A stretch of 63,980 nucleotides of DNA, filler included, from Asterionella formosa (Eukaryota): assembly GCA_002256025.1 (NCBI GenBank). It is 6 parts of 6 records of this genome, joined end to end, with 100 filler letters (N's around TTAATTAATTAA, not from the genome) between each part and the next. Parts side by side here need not be neighbours in the genome. Positions count along the whole stretch, not along the records: positions 54,249 to 63,980 come from NKIB01010263.1; 5 more parts are not named here. One strand, given 5' to 3'. Below the pieces are notes generated by a model. The model did not search any database and was not told where the DNA came from. It worked only from the letters and a program-made list of their open reading frames with translations. Both the position numbers and the translations under genes were made by a program. Below, in pieces: positions 58,607 through 63,980 of the stretch. Every line of letters begins with the position of its first letter. Position 1 is the first letter of the stretch.

Positions 58607-61600
58607 ATGGCGAGTACACCGGCTGTAGTGTCTCATTTAATATGGGTCACCCATGGAAAGGCGCAGCACCCTGCCTTTCTACTGGAGTCGAAAGAATCTG
58701 AATCACGAATTCGCTGGGCATCGAATAACAAGGAAGAGTGGGTCCAGAATGACGCATTGGAGATGAACATCACCCCGCGACGACGGAAGCGACCAGAGAC
58801 TTTTATCGACTCATTTCAACCCCTAAAATCGGTCACGATATCTCCTAAACGATCAGTCAAAGTAAAAAATGAGGACAGTGACGATGAAATCGAAGTTTTG
58901 CTCACCGTTCAGCCTTTCACTCCAAAACGGCAAAAACTTCCCCCCGCCTCCATTCCACAATCCACAACAGATTCAACTCAAACTCTGATTTCGGCGACGC
59001 CTACTTGCCAGTGTCTCAACAGAAAATCTCTGAGATCAATAGAAAATAAAAATCTGGAGAACGGTGACGGCTGTACTTTAAATTGTGAGGGATTTTCGGA
59101 CGATGACGCCACGGATGACGACGAAGAGTTGACATTGGAGGAGTTCGCAGCGAAGAGCGCTCTACAGAAGATAAGCATCTATGAACGTGTGATTTCAGAT
59201 TCAAATGATTCATATTTCGAATCATTGGAGATCAAGGGATCCACTCACCTATCTGTTCCTGACCAAATCAACTTGGTTTCGGGGTCGGTTGGGACGTTGC
59301 CGTCGGGTTACGTATCCGCTCCGGATGGCGCCTCATCAAGTATCCAGACACCCTTTTCTGCACGTTCTTCAGCCTATGTTCAGAATCTAGCTGAGATTTG
59401 CTTTACAATTATGAATGATCAGCGATGGACCACAGGGGGAATCAATCGACACCAGCTGTTTTCATGGGAAAATGGAGAGGATCTAAAGGCTGTCAAGATA
59501 CTTTGTCAAATATACGATCAAGCGCCAAAAGGGAATGTACAGTGCTCTTGTTTACTTTGCCGAGAGAAGAAGGAGATAAATTTTCACATAATAGATACAT
59601 CAACAGAATCAAAAAAGGTGAAGAACCAACATTATGTCAATGAAGCAGAGGACGAGAGAGTAATCAATCTTTTTTGCCGTTTGTACTACAGAAAGGGGCC
59701 ATGGTTTCGTCTCGACGATATTTATACTCGCTACTATGCGCCAAAGAGATTCAAACCGGAATTGGCGTCAGTAGAACCTCCAGAGCATTCTGCACATCAT
59801 TGCCCAGTCGAATTGGAACGAAGAGACAACGATTCGAAATTTCCAGAACGACATTTTGCCGAGAGAGCGTTTCGCAATAAAAATGACATCGATAATACAA
59901 ACCCCCAAAAGCGAATGTATTTCGACGCAACCCAGCTTGAAGAAAATGTCTGTGCAATGAAAGCTTTGCTAGCAGATATTGAACGATTGAAACGTTTGGG
60001 TCTCATTCGCAGCTTTAACGACGAAGAAGAATGTGGGAGAACAGTGGGTTCTAATCGGAACGAAGGCTATGGTACCTTGTTTAACGCTGACGAGCGCTAC
60101 AATATTTTACAGAAGCTTGGGGGTACAAAAAAGAAACCAACGGGCCTGAAAGGAAATGATGCAACAGGCAGAAGGACCACGCTGTATTATGGAGAGAACG
60201 AAATCTGGAAGCAAATGTGCCAACAGCAATCGATCGTGTCTCTGGTAACCAACTCAAATGGGTCAAAGTATAGAGCTCTACTTCCTGTCTGCCACCATGT
60301 TAATCACGAAGTGTTCAGCAAGTTGGCTTTGAGTATTGTGCTAGGAGCAAGTCTAGTGGAATATCTCCCTTCAACCATTTTGAAGGCCAAAGTCAAAGAA
60401 GTCAAGTCATTGCTGCACATGATTACAAGTGAAATATTGGGTTCGTCGTCTTTGCAAACATGTTTCTGCCTTGAGGAAGCCCCATCCAACACTTTGCGCC
60501 GATGTTGCAGACTTTTTCTTTGTGCGACAAGTGGACCCGGCGATATGCGCGGCGATGGTACGAACGGCTGGAAAAGCTTGGCACAATCGCATCGATCAGA
60601 TGGCATTCCTTTTACGTATATATTAAATCCACCCGGAATCAATACTTGGCATAATGTTACATATCCTGGTCTCTCACATCGGTTTAAGCTTGCTCATCAC
60701 GGTTTCACAGCTGCACATACTGGAATAGAATTTTGCATCGACTCCCACCTTCCGTTCATCCAAGTATTTCAAAATATTAATGCGTTTCGAATGTGGGAAC
60801 TTTCGGTTGAACTGAGATCCTTTTTCGACTACCAACTGGAATTGAACGAAATAATTTTGAATCAAGAGCGCCGAAAGCAACGCGAGGACCCTCAGAGAAG
60901 AGACGAGAGTGGGGAGGACAAAATTCAAATCGATGGTGCAACGTCAACTGACTTTTTGAAGCTTTTGGATCCTGGAGGACGAGAAAAATTGATCCGAAGG
61001 CTTCTAATTTTTACTTCAACAATCGAACCCTTGAATTGTGAGGAGTTGACGCAAATACTGTATGAGAAAGTTGAACATACCCTATCTATTTTTGAGGAAA
61101 GCTCTCAGCCTAACTCTACCGAAGAAGCCGCATCAACAACCCTAAATGCAAGTGCGCTTGTCACGGAATGCGAGAAGGTGGTTTTCGTTGGTGCGATAAT
61201 ATTGACATTTGTGCTCGAGCTTCGACATGTTACAATACCAAAGGAAGAAAGGACGACAATGACAATGAGACCATGGCTTCGGCACCTCTGGTGGGAAGGA
61301 GTACTATCATATGTTCTCTGGGATTGCATCCCTATCCTAGAGAAGCGAGGATTTTATGGTATTGCCTCTAAGGCACTAGAAGTACTCGTTTTTGGTTCGA
61401 CTCAAACGAGGAGGTGGAAATCTCCAGCAAGTCATGAACCTGCATTTGACAGTGGTCACAGGGAGTGGGGTACGTCTGAAACGGAGTTAGACGAAGTCCC
61501 TCTTTGTGAATACCTCATCTCGCGACGTGCTAGAGGAAAGGCCCACGAACGCCTTATGATTGATTATGTGCATTTACTTCGCAGCGAGGGAAAAGCATCA

Positions 61601-63133
61601 CAAACTTACAATGCATCTAACGAATTAAAAGCGATAGAACGATGCGAACTTAAACAAAACAAGAATCGAACAACAATGGGAAGGGCGACAGAAACGGTGA
61701 TTCCTCTTTGCTCTTTACTATTATCACGAGCTGCGAAGTCGGCATCGATCCCATTCGCTGCCATCCGCTCGCTTGCGAAAAGACTGAAGCAACCTCTTGC
61801 GTCGTTGATACATATGCCAACCTGCATAGAAGCTAGCATCTTTGGATTTCGCCTCGGGGATCGATCCAAAGAGTTTGTAGCGAAGAAGAATGGTTACATG
61901 GACTGGTGTCCCATTGTTGACGAAGCTGTAGCTATTGCTCTCACTGGCAATGAGCAAAGTACCGGTCAGCGTTGTAGCTACGTTGGATTTGAGGATGATG
62001 CACATAAAGAAAAGGTTCCATTTTCTTCATTAAATGTGGAGCAGCTTGCTACTGAATTTTATTCATCAGGACGCCTTCCAAAGAACGATCCAGTATTAAG
62101 TGGCGGAGGTTGGGTCGGTTGGCACGACGAGGGACGACTCTTAAGAACCTTGTTTCGAATTATTTGTGCAGGGCCTATATTGGGAATGGACAGCGGCTGT
62201 GGAAGTCATTGTTATCAATCAAGGGAAGTACTTGAACGGTCAACTATTCATCTGACTCCTTACCAAAGTGCTCCTTTTGACTTGCATGTTGGATCTTGGA
62301 GCAATCACCGCTTAACGCATGAAAATGAGCACAAATTTATTGTTCCAGGATTTTTCGCTCGCAGACGGGACAAGATCGAGAGATATCTTGGTCGTATAGC
62401 GCAATTGGATTCGCAGGAAATCTCTGACCTTGTTTTTGACTGTGTCAATTCACGACTAGATTCCCCTGATTACCATCAGCGTCTTTTGACGGACTTTGTT
62501 CTCGTAAGCGATCTGAAACAGCTTCGCACTCTATCCATGCTTGCCGCTGGCTTCGGTGGAGCACACCTGGCGGCAGTGTTTCGATGCATGCTCTTTGACT
62601 ATCGTCATTACAGCGGAGGTTTGCCAGATTTGCTATTAGTAAGGGCTTTCTACATTGGAAAGGATTCGACCAAAGTGGAAGGTGTCAATCTCGGTGAATG
62701 GGTTGGAGAAGCATTTTCTCCGGAAGCACAAGCAGAGAAAGAAAATCTCAGTCGAGCAGCGATCTTGATTGACAAAGACGATGAATTCTTAGGTTGTAGC
62801 AAAATGGGTGACTCGACAACTCGAAATGCCAATCGCTGGGGCCGATCTAAATTGACTGAGAAGAAGTTCGATACAGACATTCAGTTGCCAGAATCGCTAA
62901 AACTTGTTCATAACGAAAGAGCAGTCAAGATACAGTGCATGTTTGTGGAAGTCAAAAGCTCAAACGATCGATTGGATGGTAGACAAGAAGACTGGTTGAA
63001 TCTACTTGATCGAATTGGTCACGCTCGTGTGTGCAAGTTCGTGGATAACAAAAAGAGATTTCAAAACAAGGCGAAAGATTTAGCAGCAAAGAGTGTGCGA
63101 ACTAAAAAAACCAAAGTACTGCAGCCGACTTAA
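58607..63133 (+). CDS. FAN1: Fanconi-associated nuclease 1-like protein (VRR-NUC domain), 1508 aa, intronless
   Basis: LFCRLYYRKGPWFRL; RRARGKAHERLMID; LNVEQLATEFY; GWVGWHDEG; YQSAPFDL; DYRHYSGGLPDLLL; MFVEVKSSNDRLDGRQEDWL (PD-(D/E)xK nuclease). Confidence 0.92.
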   Translation: MASTPAVVSHLIWVTHGKAQHPAFLLESKESESRIRWASNNKEEWVQNDALEMNITPRRRKRPETFIDSFQPLKSVTISPKRSVKVKNEDSDDEIEVLLTVQPFTPKRQKLPPASIPQSTTDSTQTLISATPTCQCLNRKSLRSIENKNLENGDGCTLNCEGFSDDDATDDDEELTLEEFAAKSALQKISIYERVISDSNDSYFESLEIKGSTHLSVPDQINLVSGSVGTLPSGYVSAPDGASSSIQTPFSARSSAYVQNLAEICFTIMNDQRWTTGGINRHQLFSWENGEDLKAVKILCQIYDQAPKGNVQCSCLLCREKKEINFHIIDTSTESKKVKNQHYVNEAEDERVINLFCRLYYRKGPWFRLDDIYTRYYAPKRFKPELASVEPPEHSAHHCPVELERRDNDSKFPERHFAERAFRNKNDIDNTNPQKRMYFDATQLEENVCAMKALLADIERLKRLGLIRSFNDEEECGRTVGSNRNEGYGTLFNADERYNILQKLGGTKKKPTGLKGNDATGRRTTLYYGENEIWKQMCQQQSIVSLVTNSNGSKYRALLPVCHHVNHEVFSKLALSIVLGASLVEYLPSTILKAKVKEVKSLLHMITSEILGSSSLQTCFCLEEAPSNTLRRCCRLFLCATSGPGDMRGDGTNGWKSLAQSHRSDGIPFTYILNPPGINTWHNVTYPGLSHRFKLAHHGFTAAHTGIEFCIDSHLPFIQVFQNINAFRMWELSVELRSFFDYQLELNEIILNQERRKQREDPQRRDESGEDKIQIDGATSTDFLKLLDPGGREKLIRRLLIFTSTIEPLNCEELTQILYEKVEHTLSIFEESSQPNSTEEAASTTLNASALVTECEKVVFVGAIILTFVLELRHVTIPKEERTTMTMRPWLRHLWWEGVLSYVLWDCIPILEKRGFYGIASKALEVLVFGSTQTRRWKSPASHEPAFDSGHREWGTSETELDEVPLCEYLISRRARGKAHERLMIDYVHLLRSEGKASQTYNASNELKAIERCELKQNKNRTTMGRATETVIPLCSLLLSRAAKSASIPFAAIRSLAKRLKQPLASLIHMPTCIEASIFGFRLGDRSKEFVAKKNGYMDWCPIVDEAVAIALTGNEQSTGQRCSYVGFEDDAHKEKVPFSSLNVEQLATEFYSSGRLPKNDPVLSGGGWVGWHDEGRLLRTLFRIICAGPILGMDSGCGSHCYQSREVLERSTIHLTPYQSAPFDLHVGSWSNHRLTHENEHKFIVPGFFARRRDKIERYLGRIAQLDSQEISDLVFDCVNSRLDSPDYHQRLLTDFVLVSDLKQLRTLSMLAAGFGGAHLAAVFRCMLFDYRHYSGGLPDLLLVRAFYIGKDSTKVEGVNLGEWVGEAFSPEAQAEKENLSRAAILIDKDDEFLGCSKMGDSTTRNANRWGRSKLTEKKFDTDIQLPESLKLVHNERAVKIQCMFVEVKSSNDRLDGRQEDWLNLLDRIGHARVCKFVDNKKRFQNKAKDLAAKSVRTKKTKVLQPT

Positions 63134-63174
63134 AATGCAGTTATTCGTAAATGACGTACTCTTATCTACATCAA

Positions 63175-63924
63175 TCAATTGGTCAACGAATCCTCTGGGG
63201 TATCAATATCGTCAAGCCATCGTCCCAAGGCAATGGCATCCATAGTTACCGCAAAGTAGCACGGACCGGTAATACTAGAGAGAGCAAGAGATTGGTATTC
63301 ACCGCCAAGGAGTTGCTCTAGTTGAAGTGCATCGACATTCGTCAAGGGAAGGTAATCTCCATCTAGGTAATGCCAAAAACCATTGGCAACAAATGGTAGT
63401 TCTGATAGTGGTCCACCAATCGAAACAATGACTGCAGTAACTATCGAACCTAACATCCCGTCGAGAAGGGCCCACTGGGATAGAGCACAAACGAGCATTA
63501 TAATATAATTTGATTCAGGGGAATGTGGATGATTTGTCTCCAAGAGTTCTGATATTTTGATAATCGTTGCAGTCGATGTGACGGCGAGAATTGCTCGACT
63601 GCCGAGGCTCATTGATTTGGTTGTCACGATCGATTCTTTGAAGCGCCCTAAAAGTATTTCAATTGCCCTCGGGAGTAATCCTCCCAATGCAACGTATGCA
63701 ACCCCGAGCAAGGGCGGGACAACCCAACTGGATGCAAACAAGTAGCCATCATCGGAAATCCCAAAAGGTAGTTGTATATATATCGGCGCAAAGTCGTATT
63801 CGAGCAGACATTGGTTGTGAAGACTGTCAACAACAGGCCCAAGAGTGGCTCCTATCCCGAATAGTTTAGCTGCTGTTGGCACAGAAGGGAATCCAGACGC
63901 CCTCATTTCATGTGTTGCAGCCAA
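63175..63924 (-). CDS. Multi-pass membrane protein resembling plant/algal INSIG-like proteins; true start uncertain (possible upstream exon)
   Basis: Several hydrophobic helices; LFGIGATLGPVVDSLH, SSWVVPPLLGVAY, GGPLSELPFV..GFWHY, GPCYFAVT. An in-frame TAG lies just upstream and may be a splice acceptor. Confidence 0.7.
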   Translation of the reverse strand: MAATHEMRASGFPSVPTAAKLFGIGATLGPVVDSLHNQCLLEYDFAPIYIQLPFGISDDGYLFASSWVVPPLLGVAYVALGGLLPRAIEILLGRFKESIVTTKSMSLGSRAILAVTSTATIIKISELLETNHPHSPESNYIIMLVCALSQWALLDGMLGSIVTAVIVSIGGPLSELPFVANGFWHYLDGDYLPLTNVDALQLEQLLGGEYQSLALSSITGPCYFAVTMDAIALGRWLDDIDTPEDSLTN

Positions 63925-63980
63925 GCGAATGAATATCTACCGGTCGTGGTCGTTCCATTTATTTCGGCGAATGGACACTT

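Noticed and set aside
22597..63133. RAD21 plus FAN1 as a genome-maintenance cluster
   Set aside because: Different scaffolds; co-occurrence results from size-sorted concatenation.

Overview
Eukaryotic nuclear DNA, most likely from a diatom. This is inferred from signal-peptide plus 'AF/SF-x-P' plastid-targeting presequences, short GT-AG introns, CoDi-like Copia elements and a CryptonS-like element. The window is not one locus. Five identical 100-nt linkers (N44-TTAATTAATTAA-N44) join six scaffolds whose lengths decrease monotonically (>=10775, 10765, 10739, 10737, 10732, >=9732 bp), so adjacency across linkers means nothing. Scaffold 1 holds duplicated myosin-head pseudogene fragments, a frameshifted Roco-C-terminal-like/ARM gene, a Gypsy relic, a dead gene built from in-frame 495-bp (165-codon) repeats, and a decayed Copia with its 5' LTR. 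Scaffold 2 holds a second, C/T-rich Copia (tandem SH3/Tudor-like motifs upstream of gag, a hydrophobic Pol leader, PPT and 3' LTR) and a DIRS/Ngaro-type RT relic hit twice by one unclassified TIR transposon family. Scaffold 3 holds RAD21, a plastid PPR protein, a Tc1/IS630-like relic and an ankyrin protein. Scaffold 4 holds VPS41, an unknown protein, a Zn-finger/alpha-beta hydrolase fusion and glycyl-tRNA synthetase. Scaffold 5 holds a Crypton relic, an Arl8-like GTPase, a Myb/SANT-like transposon relic and a RibD-family gene with an inactivated deaminase domain. Scaffold 6 holds holocytochrome c synthase, a large FAN1-like nuclease and a membrane protein. Self-complementary (GGTACCW)n arrays occur in intergenic DNA on all six scaffolds. 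No CRISPR, rRNA or tRNA was recognised. All family assignments come from reading motifs by eye; no searches were run.
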